The notes: generated by a model from the sequence alone, not told the origin. A stretch of DNA of 63,726 nt, filler included, from Aduncisulcus paluster (GCA_024181965.1; 16 parts of 16 records of this genome joined end to end with filler, not necessarily neighbours in it), one strand, 5' to 3'; counted from the first letter of the whole stretch, positions 1-11,661 are shown. Numbers and translations are program-made.

Positions 1-2253
1 GTATGAACGAGACACAGTGGATATGGGAGAGTATGTTTCATAGGGAAGCGTGATAACTGTAGTTCCAGACATTTCACTGTGAACAAGAGGGGCACCAATG
101 AGATATCCTCCGTAAGAAAAGACCTGATCGGTGTCATATAGGGCAGTCAGTTGGGGCCAGTCGGCTTGCAGAGGTCTGACGATGGATCCACCTTGAACAT
201 GTGCCTTCAACATCTCAGAATACATCAGAGCGATCATTCTGTACTTAGTCAGAGCACTCTCACGTTGAATATCGCATGCATCTGACCCATATTCCTCTTT
301 CCAGCATACGTGGTCGAATGGTTTCATAGCATGCACACGAGTGAATGGGTAATATGATCCCGCAACCACCCAACGTTTGAAGAGATCCCTTGAGGGGATT
401 CCAGAGAAACCAGGGATGTCGGCCCCAATGAGTGGAATACCGTGCAGAGATGAGGTGAGGACTTCTCCAAAGGAGTCTTCAAGGTTATTGAAGAGACAAT
501 AGTTATCGCCTAACCATTGGGATGTATATTTACCAGATCCTGAGAAAGAAGAACGTGTCAACATCAATGTCTTGCTCTCAGAGGGCAATAAAGCATCAAG
601 AGCTTCCCTGGTCCTCACAGACATGTACATTCCAAAGACATTACGGAGATCAACCATACCAGCGGGCCTGTTCGTGTCAGCAAAGAAATAAGGAGTGTAC
701 GCATTCATGGTTAGGGAGGACTCATTCAAAGGTCTTGTTCCAGGCCTGAAGGGAGGATCATCAGGATCATATGAGTAAATTAAAGAGTCGGCGTACGTGG
801 GTTCGTATTTCTTGCCGTCAGAATCACACTCTCCGTCAACCATTGTTGCAGGTTCACACATATCATTCCATATTCCCTGTAATTGGACATTGTTCTCGAA
901 ATAATTACCGAGCTGAGTTTGAACCCAAGTCAGTGAATCTTCGTTGTAAAATGATGGAAACAAGGAAGGACCACCCCATACACTGTTTTGAGCATACCTC
1001 TCTCCAACCCCGTCCTCATCTACCTTCAGGGCAATATCCATGGACAAGATGTCATCGTAAGCATCATAATCTCCACTATCATCCACTTTGATACCAGGGT
1101 CGAAGATGGCAACGAGTTCAATGTAATCGGCAGCAAGATTCTCTTGGAATGGTTGGAGTTCATCGGGTGGGAAATTCACAGGATCAACAGTATAGGCTGC
1201 ATAGTCATCTTGAGCATCAATATCTAACCATTGGACATCAAGGGGAAGGTCAAGGGAACGGTATTGCTGAACAACTCCCCACACTTCTTCGATATCACTG
1301 TAACCCCACCGACAGTTCTGCCATCCGAGCTGGTTGATCGTGACACTCACGGGGAGTCCAACAAGGAGTTGGTATTGCTGGGAGGCTTTGAACATTGTGG
1401 GTCCTGCGAAGAAATACATCACAATTTGTCCAGACATTCCACGAACAATAATGCTGCCAGAGTCAGTGAGTTCAAACTCAGACAGAGTAGTATTCGCAAA
1501 GAAAGCACCGGTAGCCGTTACAGGCATGAACACATTGTAAGCAGAAGTGTCTGAGAGATGCCATGTGACTGGATGATTGGTGTAACCATTGACACCTTCA
1601 CGGAGAGCTGCAATAGGCTGTTTGTTAATGATAGGGTATGTTCCTGCTTTCCTTCTAAAGTCTGTACGTCTGTTCCCAAGACCAAACATTGCAACATCCC
1701 CATCGGGGGAAGGAGATGGAGTATAAGAAAACTGGATGTAAGAATCCTGGAAAACAATTTCAGTTTCTTCGTCTTCACCACCAAAAGTGAATAAAGGAGC
1801 GTCTATCGTGTGCAATGTTGAGTTTCCTCGTTGATAGAGAGAGAATGTAAAGTATTCGTCAGAAATATCTGGAGGTTCAATCAACAACGCATGAGGTTGA
1901 GATCCATCATATGCTTGTTCTCCACCTTCAAGGGCAAATACTTCTTTTGGTGTTGAGAAACAATTCCAATCGGTCGTCGAAATAGACACTTTGACAGCAG
2001 AATTATACACAGTGTCAGTATCGGTATAAAGATCGGCTAAACTAGGAGTAGCTAGGGAGATGTATTCAACATCAACATCCAAATAAGATGCATTTGAACC
2101 GTAAAGCTTTGAGGATGGATTTGATTCAAGCTTTAAGACGGCCGAAAAGGATCCATCCACTTTTGTAATCATTGAAGAAATAGAATACTGGCAAAATCCA
2201 AAGATTACAAAGGATAATAGCGAAATAACAAATAAAATTGTTGATGAGTTCAT
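1..2253 (-). CDS. Glycoside hydrolase family 31 alpha-glucosidase, secreted/lysosomal type (3' end runs off the window)
   Basis: Absent from the ORF track because no stop lies in the window. Manual translation from the ATG at 2253 gives a signal-peptide-like start (MNSSTILFVISLLSFVIFGFC) and GH31 motifs LGWQNCRWGY, PLDVQWLDID, IFDPGI, GIWNDMCEPA (nucleophile), QWLGDN (acid/base), GADIPGF and YPFTRVH. Confidence 0.93.
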   Translation of the reverse strand, partial: MNSSTILFVISLLSFVIFGFCQYSISSMITKVDGSFSAVLKLESNPSSKLYGSNASYLDVDVEYISLATPSLADLYTDTDTVYNSAVKVSISTTDWNCFSTPKEVFALEGGEQAYDGSQPHALLIEPPDISDEYFTFSLYQRGNSTLHTIDAPLFTFGGEDEETEIVFQDSYIQFSYTPSPSPDGDVAMFGLGNRRTDFRRKAGTYPIINKQPIAALREGVNGYTNHPVTWHLSDTSAYNVFMPVTATGAFFANTTLSEFELTDSGSIIVRGMSGQIVMYFFAGPTMFKASQQYQLLVGLPVSVTINQLGWQNCRWGYSDIEEVWGVVQQYRSLDLPLDVQWLDIDAQDDYAAYTVDPVNFPPDELQPFQENLAADYIELVAIFDPGIKVDDSGDYDAYDDILSMDIALKVDEDGVGERYAQNSVWGGPSLFPSFYNEDSLTWVQTQLGNYFENNVQLQGIWNDMCEPATMVDGECDSDGKKYEPTYADSLIYSYDPDDPPFRPGTRPLNESSLTMNAYTPYFFADTNRPAGMVDLRNVFGMYMSVRTREALDALLPSESKTLMLTRSSFSGSGKYTSQWLGDNYCLFNNLEDSFGEVLTSSLHGIPLIGADIPGFSGIPSRDLFKRWVVAGSYYPFTRVHAMKPFDHVCWKEEYGSDACDIQRESALTKYRMIALMYSEMLKAHVQGGSIVRPLQADWPQLTALYDTDQVFSYGGYLIGAPLVHSEMSGTTVITLPYETYSPISTVSRSY

Positions 2254-2906
2254 TTTGGCAACCAAAAAGTGAACTTCATTTGTTGGAGCTCGAGTTCAAG
2301 GGAAAACAGAAATTTAACATATTATTCAATTGTATTATTTCATTTTATTTCGAAAAGGAAAATAATTCAACACTTGATGCAAGACCAGAGAGAAATTGAC
2401 CAAACTTCAAAGTTGCAACTGGCCAAGTTGGCCCCAATTAGGCGGGTTGAATTACGGGCGGCGAATGTCGGAGATATTAATTGNNNNNNNNNNNNNNNNN
2501 NNNGATCCATCCACTTTTGTAATCATTGAAGAAATAGAATACTGGCAAAATCCAAAGATTACAAAGGATAATAGCGAAATAACAAATAAAATTGTTGATG
2601 AGTTCATTTTGGCAACCAAAAAGTGAACTTCATTTGTTGGAGCTCGAGTTCAAGGGAAAACAGAAATTTAACATATTATTCAATTGTATTATTTCATTTT
2701 ATTTCGAAAAGGAAAATAATTCAACACTTGATGCAAGACCAGAGAGAAATTGACCAAACTTCAAAGTTGCAACTGGCCAAGTTGGCCCCAATTAGGCGGG
2801 TTGAATTACGGGCGGCGAATGTCGGAGATATTAATTGTAATTTATTATTCGATTGTATCAACATATAACGTACAATCAAAGGATATGACAAGAATACAAA
2901 TTAAAT

Positions 2907-3695
2907 CTACTTCTTGGCAGCCTTCTCAGCCTTACGTTTAACGAAGTTGAAAAGAACCCATTCAGATTGTCCAGTGAAGATGGTGAAAGCAGATAATCCA
3001 ATGAAGATGGCAATGGCAACAGTCTTGAACAAATTCTCGCTCAAAATCTTTCCAATGAAGGGGAAAGGAAGGACGCAAAGGATGTAGTAGAAAACACCGA
3101 TGAAGGCATTGGAGAAGGCGAAGAAGTTGGAGCCGTCGAATAAATTATCAGAGTCGTCACCTTCAAAGAGTTTCTGGATAGCAACCATAAGCTCATTTCC
3201 GTAAGAGACAAGGTAGACAGCGAAGAAAACGATGAAAATACAGCCCAAAGCATTGAAAATTGCACCGGGGGTGAGGAGCATTCCAGGGGTAAGCTCTTCA
3301 GTGGCAAGGTTGATAATGCTAATGATAAGGTCTATACGACCGATAGAAAGGTGGGTAGAGAGTCCGAATAAACTAGATTTGGAACCAGTGATCTTAGCAA
3401 AGTAATCTTTGGGGCCATAGAGAACCAAAATGAAGAGGATAACAGTGATAACCATATCAAGGGGTTCAGTAACACCGGGAACGGGAACTTCAGGGAAAAG
3501 GAAGTGGAGAACAAGGGGAATTCCAAAAGTGTAGAGGATACACCAGACGAAATTGTAGAAGAAAGATTTCTTCTCCTTGTGACTTGGGAAAGTGTTCTTC
3601 CAATCAAGAATGTTGAACAACTGGTCAGAGAAGACAAGAGTCTTGTGACCTCCAACCATGTTCAGGATGGTATTTAACTTATCAAAAATTTCCAT
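2907..3695 (-). CDS. Polytopic membrane protein, probable TRIC/TMEM38-like cation channel
   Basis: 262 aa with about 7 hydrophobic segments. WCILYTFG..LHFLFPE and ILVLYGPKDYFAK resemble TMEM38 motifs (MLxCFG..LLLGE, YLVFFCPxDLFYK). The basic C-terminus KAEKAAKK resembles an ER-retrieval signal. Confidence 0.55.
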   Translation of the reverse strand: MEIFDKLNTILNMVGGHKTLVFSDQLFNILDWKNTFPSHKEKKSFFYNFVWCILYTFGIPLVLHFLFPEVPVPGVTEPLDMVITVILFILVLYGPKDYFAKITGSKSSLFGLSTHLSIGRIDLIISIINLATEELTPGMLLTPGAIFNALGCIFIVFFAVYLVSYGNELMVAIQKLFEGDDSDNLFDGSNFFAFSNAFIGVFYYILCVLPFPFIGKILSENLFKTVAIAIFIGLSAFTIFTGQSEWVLFNFVKRKAEKAAKK

Positions 3696-4210
3696 GATAG
3701 ATTAAAACAATACACGACAAAAAATCCTGTTTCAGTTTGAATCTCGTGTAATCGAAATAAAACAGGGGTTTGTTGCAGAAAATATTAATAAAATACAAGT
3801 TTAATTGAATATCTTATTTTATGTCATCATTATATCCTGTGGGTAGAGATCCAAGAAAAAGAAGGACAAATTGACACTCAATACTCCTGGAGGATGTCTA
3901 GCAATTTGGATTTAGCTTTACTGAGAAAAAGGAGTTGAAATGTATTTTAAATAAGCACTAGGATTATTCAACTATGACCATGTTGAAATTATTTTTCTGG
4001 TTACGACGGAAATCGCCCGGTGGCGACAGTTCCTAACCGGCCAGAGTTTCGTGAAACTCCAGTATTGATCTTCTTAATAAATTAAGATATTATTTTTATC
4101 TTATTCGTATTCTTGGAACATTTCTCATATCTTTTGCCATCTTCGCGGACTTAGGAATGATACTCTGACCGAGTTGTGGCACTGGCCTGCTTTTTGACAC
4201 AAAACATTCA

Positions 4211-5276
4211 ATGGATAGACTTCAAGAGATAAGAAAGGTATGTTCTATTATTCCCATTTAGTTTTATTGTGTTTTGCGAAGTATACTTTCACTAATTTTT
4301 GAATTCTGTCTCTGACTCTTATTATATTGCGAAATAGGACCCTGAGTTAAACCCAGTTGATGACATTGAGGATATTGATCTTTTTGAAGATTCAGAAGAC
4401 TCTGCTTTTTCTCTTGATTCAGAGGATTCAAAAAAAGAAGAAGGTTCAAAGAAATCGGCCACAGAAATTTCATTGCCCTCATTTTATGCTGGTATCACTA
4501 AAATTCGTGAAATATTTGGTAAAATAGATGCTTTGGTCTCCCAACTCCGAACATTAACTCAAGCTGCTATTGATAGTCCCCACGCGCCGAATAAGAAAGC
4601 TAAAGCAAATACTGAGATTATTACAAATGCTTTAAGGAAGCATTTTGCATTTTGTCAAATTATTTTGAAGTCAATTAAAAAAATGAATGACGACCAGATT
4701 ACAGAACAAGGGAATCGTATTTCTGCTGAATTACGATCCAAAATCAATGTACATAAAACATTATCCCGTGAATTTTATTCTAGACTCACTGATTTTCAAT
4801 CTTTCCAGTATCATTCTAAGGAAACAATGATTCGGCGACTTGAATTACAGATTCGCACGATCGCCGACGATGATTCGGCAATAACAGTTGATCAAATCAG
4901 AGAGGAATATGATCGCGATGGTGGAGCTGAATTGTTAACGAAAATGTTAAAAGATGATCTCACTTCCGCAAAAAGTGAATACATGCTTGCCCGTGGGCGG
5001 CATGAAGATATTAAGCGAGTCGTTCAGACAATTCGTGAATTACATCAAATTGCCCGTGATTTTGCCTGGCTTATAGATGAGCAAGGAGAGATGCTCGAAC
5101 GTGTCGAGGCCAATGTTGCTTACGCCCGTGATTATACGAATGATGGAATTCAACACATTGACAAAGCAATGAAAAAGCAGAAAAGGAAGAGGAAATGCAT
5201 GTTTTGTTGCATGTGTGTCCTCATTATTGTCGCTCTGTTCTTGATCGCTGGTATCATGGTTGGAATATTGGTATAA
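4211..5276 (+). CDS. Syntaxin-1-like Qa-SNARE; exons 4211-4237 and 4338-5276
   Basis: Exon 1 encodes the syntaxin N-peptide MDRLQEIRK. A phase-0 intron (GTATGT...AATAG) joins it in frame to the 4473 ORF. SNARE motif RHEDIKRVVQTIRELHQIARDFAWLIDEQGEMLERVEANV, then a Cys-rich C-terminal TM anchor. Confidence 0.93.
4238..4337 (+). other. Spliceosomal intron (100 nt) in the syntaxin gene
   Basis: GTATGT donor, TAG acceptor, candidate branch point CACTAAT near 4290. Removal restores the reading frame. Confidence 0.85.
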
Positions 5277-5438
5277 TCAAAATGATATTAAAAATTTTTT
5301 ACATTAGGATTTTTTTCGAGTAAAGTATTGACAACTAGTATGTAATAGTCCAGGTGAAAGTTGACTCACAAGTTGTGAAAGGGGAAATAATGATTTTTCT
5401 GGCCATCTATATATCATTCGAATTGAATATCGATTTAT

Positions 5439-6744
5439 ATGCAATTCCAAACGACACCAGATAATCCTTCGATGTCAAGTTATAGTTTTAATCCCTCACG
5501 AATATTGGAAAGGATGAGATCCTCGAATCCTGCCATGCCAGAGTTAAGAATGCACTTAGAATCGCAAATGTTTCCATCGTCATCAAGTATTGGGGATCTT
5601 CGAGAAAGAATTGGACATTTAGAAGCTGAAAATTCGTTGTTGAAGACTGAAAATGATCGTTTGAAGTCTGAGAGTGCCAGATTGAAATCTGAACATGAAA
5701 AAGAAACTCAACGACTTTTAGATGCTTTACATAAGACTCAAGAAATGCTTTATTCCCTTATTCCGTCACAAAGACACTCTGATGCTGCATTTTCCCCTAC
5801 AGCTTCCAAAACACTTCGTCTTGTCTCCGGTGTTGCTTCAGGTGTTGCTGATTCGTTAACTCAATATCCACATGCCCCCCATAAGGCCAAGATACAATTA
5901 AAACCCCAATCACACCCGTCTGATCCCACTATTTCGAAAGAATTCATTCCAGACCCGAGTTCAACCCATTATCCTCGATCTTTCCCACGATCTGTTGAAT
6001 CTCCCCATCAATATGACCAAGGTGGGTTCGGCGGAGACTTTTCATATCCTCAACGTCCGACATATCCAAGCCATCCTCCTTCTCATCCTTATGACCATCA
6101 AGGAGGGGACTTCTCATCACATCACCGTCAACCTCAGTCTCAAGCATACCCACAGCCATCATATGGACCACCTCCTCAACNNNNNNNNNNNNNNNNNNNN
6201 TCCTCGATCTTTCCCACGATCTGTTGAATCTCCCCATCAATATGACCAAGGTGGGTTCGGCGGAGACTTTTCATATCCTCAACGTCCGACATATCCAAGC
6301 CATCCTCCTTCTCATCCTTATGACCATCAAGGAGGGGACTTCTCATCACATCACCGTCAACCTCAGTCTCAAGCATACCCACAGCCATCATATGGGCCAC
6401 CTCCTCAACAATATCCTCCCTCATACACTCAACATCAACATCCATCGACAACAAGAGATACTTCTCATCCTTCCACTGGTGGTCAGTATACCGGTGGTCA
6501 CAACGGATCAAGGATTATGCCATCATCACATTCGCAATCGAGACACCCTGTGCAACAAAAAGCTGTGCAACAAAAACCATTCAACCTTACTGTCAGGGCC
6601 AGAAGAGCCTCAGCAGATTCCAAGGAAACAGGAATGGATGCAAGAGATATGTCAAGAGATCCAACGACTATCAGGGCAAGGTCACCTGTTAAAAGGAGAA
6701 TTAAACCTTCTAGGAAGAAAGTAGAGAGAAAACCTTGGAAATAA
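5439..6744 (+). CDS. Hypothetical protein with N-terminal coiled coil and P/Q/S/Y/H-rich low-complexity region, split by an assembly gap
   Basis: ORFs 5439-6227 and 5995-6744 merge into one frame once the duplicated gap flank (5971-6180 = 6201-6410) is collapsed. Heptad pattern LRERIGHLEAENSLLKTENDRLKSE. Confidence 0.7.
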
Positions 6745-7474
6745 CAAATGGTATCTCTCGTTATTTGCATTTCTAACAATAACACACATTGTCTTTTCCG
6801 ATGATAAGTATTTATTTTTTCGTTTATCAACACCACAATGGCTTCTTTCAGAGAAGGACGATACGAATTTATGTGATGGGTTGAGATGCTGTGAATAGTA
6901 TAGTATTCCAATTCTGTGATGTTGTACAGTATAGTACAGTATACATTGTCCAACGAATGATTTTAGTACCTTTCATAGACTTCATTGTTAAGAACAGAAA
7001 AATGGATTGTCGGAGTCATAGTTTGCACTTAGTTAGATTGGGAATCAAGAAAGAGTGGAGTGATTTGAGATCTATAGAGAATAATAACGAGGTATTGGTT
7101 TGTATTTAATTGTAAATTTGGCTGGAACTGCTTCTTTAAGGTGGGTAACGGTTATTTTTGAATTGGAAGTAAAGTGTTGATGATATTCAAGAAATATGAT
7201 ATCCAAATTAAGGGACATACTCCGCCGGTGAATGATAGTGGCCAGTGGCCACATTGAGAAAGTTCACGATTTGAGAGAGAGCAAGTTTATTCTTTATAAG
7301 TGACAAGGTCACAGAACTCGATATCACCACTTTCAAAGTTCTACTTTCAAGATTATGGAAAGAAAAGGATTCAGAAGAAGGGAACGAGTAGTCACACAAA
7401 AATAGACATTGAATTTGAGCATTTTCACCAAAGGAATAATATATTCTAATAATATTTGAGACATTTCGAGTTTA

Positions 7475-7787
7475 GAATTCTAAAAATAGAAATTCTAAAA
7501 ATAGATATCATGAAGTAATATTACAAAAAAATCCAACAAAATCGATCCAATATTGAGATATCCTTGGATATATAACACGCTATGTCATATTATAAGTCTG
7601 CATTGGCTTGGTTGTCTTTCCCAAATCAATCACAGCCAACTTTCCAACCATCTCGAATTCTTTCCCAATGATTGTGTCATCTGCAATATATTTCTCGTTT
7701 GTAGGGGCATAAAATCATAAATCAGCCCAAATAAGATGATTTTGAAAAATACGATTCTATTTTTAGATTTTCTATTTTTAGAAATTC
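7475..7787. repeat. Imperfect inverted repeat, arms about 31 bp (7475-7505 and 7756-7787), each built of two TCTAAAAATAGA units
   Basis: Left arm gaattctaaaaatagaaattctaaaaataga; reverse complement of right arm gaatttctaaaaatagaaaatctaaaaataga. Confidence 0.7.
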
Positions 7788-8115
7788 ATATCTTAAAATC
7801 GTGTTTTTCCCTTGTTAACTTTTGTAAAATTCGATGATAGTTGATTTTTTTTGAATATATGAATATATGAACTTGATATTCGAGTGGAAAATCATAAGCA
7901 TCGCAAGCATCATAAGAATGCCAATAATCCTAAAGAACCCCAAGAACAACAACGAAAGAATGAGTGTTTGGAGAGATTTTTACTTTGATTGACAAAAGCT
8001 TTTGTTCATTGTTGAACTGTAATAATTCACTGACGTGATAATAATATATGATAATATGGATAGATCGAATGTTAACAATTCCCAAAACAGAGTTTGATTC
8101 TAAATAACGTCATTC

Positions 8116-8215
8116 NNNNNNNNNNNNNNNNNNNNNNNNNNNNNNNNNNNNNNNNNNNNTTAATTAATTAANNNNNNNNNNNNNNNNNNNNNNNNNNNNN
8201 NNNNNNNNNNNNNNN
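8116..8215. other. Artificial contig spacer N44-TTAATTAATTAA-N44 (first of 15)
   Basis: Identical 100-bp spacers with stops in all six frames start at 8116, 15671, 17111, 18336, 24391, 26479, 27827, 29198, 42503, 43951, 45427, 51185, 52658, 54010 and 62234. Confidence 0.98.
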
Positions 8216-8535
8216 AGAAGAAGATCAACAAGTATGCCTTTTCTGGTGGAAGAACAACTGTTGAAGAGCATCGTGAGCTTGGTGCTGACCTTTCTGTGGA
8301 TATTCCATACCACTATTTATTCTTCTTCTTGCATGATGATGATGAACTCGAGAGAATCAAAAAAGAATACGGAGAAGGGCGGATGTTGACTGGTGAAGTT
8401 AAAGCAATTTTAATCAAGATCCTTCAAGATATGGTTCTGGATCATCAAGAAAAGAGGAAGGACGTTACTGATGAGGTTGTTCAGCACTTCATGACTCCAA
8501 GAAGAATGGAGGTATACAAAAAAGATGAAAAGTAA
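8216..8535 (+). CDS. WARS1: Cytoplasmic-type tryptophanyl-tRNA synthetase, C-terminal fragment
   Basis: KKINKYAFSGGRTTVEEHRELGADLSVDIPYHYLFFF...GRMLTGEVK is the characteristic eukaryotic/archaeal TrpRS anticodon-binding region. 5' end cut by the contig edge. Confidence 0.95.
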
Positions 8536-9844
8536 TCTATCAGCATCGTTTAAAGTTGTAAAAGATCCTCCTAAACTAATAAATTGTAAATATTTTATGA
8601 AACTCATCGACTTTTTTTTGGTTTTTGAAAGCGGAAAGCGACTGAAATTTCGTCAAATCTTGCCGGTTTAGTCTTAACTTAAATCATTATATAATAAGAA
8701 AATGATTTGTATTACAATACTTGTCCTCGATGTCGAAAATACCCAATCATCTCCCTTCAGAGCAGCCACATCAACAAAAAGCAACAGAATTGATCCATTT
8801 CAACCATAAAAAAAGCAATAGACCTCATTCTTATTGCTTCGACTCCCACCAAAGGGTTCGTTTAGGATGGCTGCGACCGAAAGAAATCGACGAAAGCTCT
8901 GAATCTGTTGAAGGAAATGAGGCGAATGATAATAATAAATTGCATGTCAGAAAATGGATTCCATTTCTTCTTTCTCATGCCAAGCACTGGACATTAATCT
9001 TCCATTCCGGGCACATTGGCAGATTCGAACTTGCAAATGTTATAACCAAGTGCTTAGATAGCTTGGCAGACTTTGAAGGTTCAAATCGAGATGCATTATA
9101 TATATCTCATCGCTTTACACATTTTTCGTGGCTTTGAAATGAATGGAATCGACGACAAAGACATGTTTGCATTAACATGAGAAAGACACGGCAGTTTTAT
9201 CCTTTTGGAAACGAAAAGAAGTTTTTGTTCGCGTGTATATTTAAGTTTGTGGATTTCTACGATAATTATTTCTTCCCANNNNNNNNNNNNNNNNNNNNAT
9301 GCCAAGCACTGGCATTAATCTTCCATTCCGGGCACATTGGCAGATTCGAACTTGCAAATGTTATAACCAAGTGCTTAGATAGCTTGGCAGACTTTGAAGG
9401 TTCAAATCGAGATGCATTATATATATCTCATCGCTTTACACATTTTTCGTGGCTTTGAAATGAATGGAATCGACGACAAAGACATGTTTGCATTAACATG
9501 AGAAAGACACGGCAGTTTTATCCTTTTGGAAACGAAAAGAAGTTTTTGTTCGCGTGTATATTTAAGTTTGTGGATTTCTACGATAATTATTTCTTCCCAT
9601 TATCCATTTGTGATGCTATTATCTTGAAAACGAGACGAGAACGCGTATTTGATGCCTTGCAGCGGATACATGGAAAATAAGTTATAATATATGCTATTCA
9701 AATGTCATTGAAGCATATTTTTGATATCGTAGCAAAGGAGGTGACAGGCTGATCGCTCCTCAGTGAGGAATCGTGTCTCGAGGGATCTTCATCGAATCAA
9801 ATTCGTATTTTCCTCTTTTTTGTTACACAACACATTAAAATTTA

Positions 9845-11107
9845 ATGGAATCAAAAAAATTGGTCTTTTTTTCCCTTGGTCTATTGATCTTTGGTGCTTT
9901 TAACACCATCGACTGTGACATAGAGTTTTCTATGTCAGCTGCAGGCAGAGATGGTGTTATCACCGGAATGGATACAAAACCCTTTGTATTCTGGACATTT
10001 GTGATGTTCTTCGGAATGTCACTCTCTTCCATCACTTGGTCTATTGAGGCCAGATCTGCGAAGAAGAAGTCATCAACCGCTGTCGAGCTCTCTGAGCATC
10101 GAATCGAAGATGTTGTGCCCGATAATACTGTTAGTACGAATAACAACAAATCGTGGCATCTCATCGTCCTGAGCACGCTTTTCAACATGCTTGGATCATG
10201 TTGCATCAATTGCGGCTTTGCTTTAGGGGTCCCACCTTCCGTTTTCCAGTTCCTCTGTGGATCCGTGATTATCTTCTCCGCTTTATGCTCCACAGTTTTC
10301 CTGCGTAAAAAACCCAAGGGATTCCAATGGTATGCCATCGTTGTTGCCATCATTGGGCTTGGGCTTGTTGCCATCACCAATGCAATGAATAGCAAAAGTT
10401 CCTCATCGAACGCCATTGTAAAGACTCAGATCTTTGCTATGGGTCTTGTCGTTCTTGGGCAGGTCTTCTACGCCTGTGAGTTTGGAACTGAGGAGAAGTT
10501 GTTGAAAACAACTAACGCCACTGTCTACCAGGTGGTCGCCTCCGAAGGTTTGCTCGGTATCCTCATGACTGTTGTCATTCTTGCCCCTCTCTGTTGGTTC
10601 ATCAATGGAACTGACAATGGTCACATCGAGGATGTTTTTGAGACATTCATCATGATCAAAAACAACCCTTTGATATTGCTGCCAACATTTGGTTTTGCCT
10701 TCAGCATCTTCTTTTACACCATTTGTGGGCAGCATGTCACCAAGCTGTCCTCATGTGTTCACAGGACTCTTATTGAGGCCCTCAGATCCGTTGTTGTCTG
10801 GGTTGTATCAATCATCGAAGGGTATACGCTCAACAATGACAAGTTGGGCGAGAAACTCACTTGGTGGTCTCTCTTGGAAGTCATTGGTTTTGTTTTGATC
10901 ACATATGGAACATTTATATATTATCAGGTCATAAAGCATGAGAAGATGTTCAACTATCAGGAGGATCAAACTACGGCTGACGATGAAGCCAAGGCCGATA
11001 TTGAACCCGATGAGAGAGATTCTCTGGATTCAGTGAAAGTTAGTCAGATCATTACTAAGCTCCCCTGCTGTGTAGACATGGGGAAGGAGATGGAGGGAGT
11101 TGCTTAA
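9845..11107 (+). CDS. DMT-superfamily nucleotide-sugar-transporter-like protein (SLC35F6-like)
   Basis: About 10 TM segments; KPFVFWTFVMFFGMSL, PSVFQFLCGSVIIFSAL, EEKLL, SEGLLG, VTKLSSCVHRTLIEALRSVVVW. Confidence 0.85.
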   Translation: MESKKLVFFSLGLLIFGAFNTIDCDIEFSMSAAGRDGVITGMDTKPFVFWTFVMFFGMSLSSITWSIEARSAKKKSSTAVELSEHRIEDVVPDNTVSTNNNKSWHLIVLSTLFNMLGSCCINCGFALGVPPSVFQFLCGSVIIFSALCSTVFLRKKPKGFQWYAIVVAIIGLGLVAITNAMNSKSSSSNAIVKTQIFAMGLVVLGQVFYACEFGTEEKLLKTTNATVYQVVASEGLLGILMTVVILAPLCWFINGTDNGHIEDVFETFIMIKNNPLILLPTFGFAFSIFFYTICGQHVTKLSSCVHRTLIEALRSVVVWVVSIIEGYTLNNDKLGEKLTWWSLLEVIGFVLITYGTFIYYQVIKHEKMFNYQEDQTTADDEAKADIEPDERDSLDSVKVSQIITKLPCCVDMGKEMEGVA

Positions 11108-11661
11108 ACAACTCTGGTATTATTATTATTCTTATTGGTATCAATTAGTATTTATTTGTTTTTTGTTTAATTTGTTCATTTTAACATTTATAAGTCTAGG
11201 TGAGATGACTCAAATTTTATCTTTTCATGATATTTTTGAAATGTTAATATTTCTCTGTAGTAATATCAAGAACCACAAATAAAAATGAATATTCATCATT
11301 TTGTTGTAACAAAATTTGTTACAATTTTTTTGTAGATCTTGCATTCACAAAGAAAACAACGCCATGAAGAGAAACGTATCGATGCAAAAGCAATAGGCAC
11401 AGATGTCCTATTGCACTCACCATCTGAAATATGGTGTTCATAGTCAGAGAATCTGAGCAGATCACGATCTTAATATACTATACTATACTATACTATCTTC
11501 GGATTGTTGGTGAATATCCTCGATGAAAAAGGAGAGTGGAAGTGATTATCATCAAATACATTAAACATTGAACATATAACATGTCTAATATGGATGTTAT
11601 GTCCCTTTAAGGGTGATAAACTCCGTCATAGGATATTCACATTACAGAGCAACTAACTCAG

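Noticed and set aside
522-1794. Short plus-strand ORFs here and similar shadow ORFs throughout the track
   Set aside because: They are antisense or off-frame shadows of well-supported genes, here the GH31 gene.
11405-11470. ATTGCACTC and GATCACGA as U1 snRNA loops
   Set aside because: The order is reversed relative to U1 and there is no ACTTACC 5' end.
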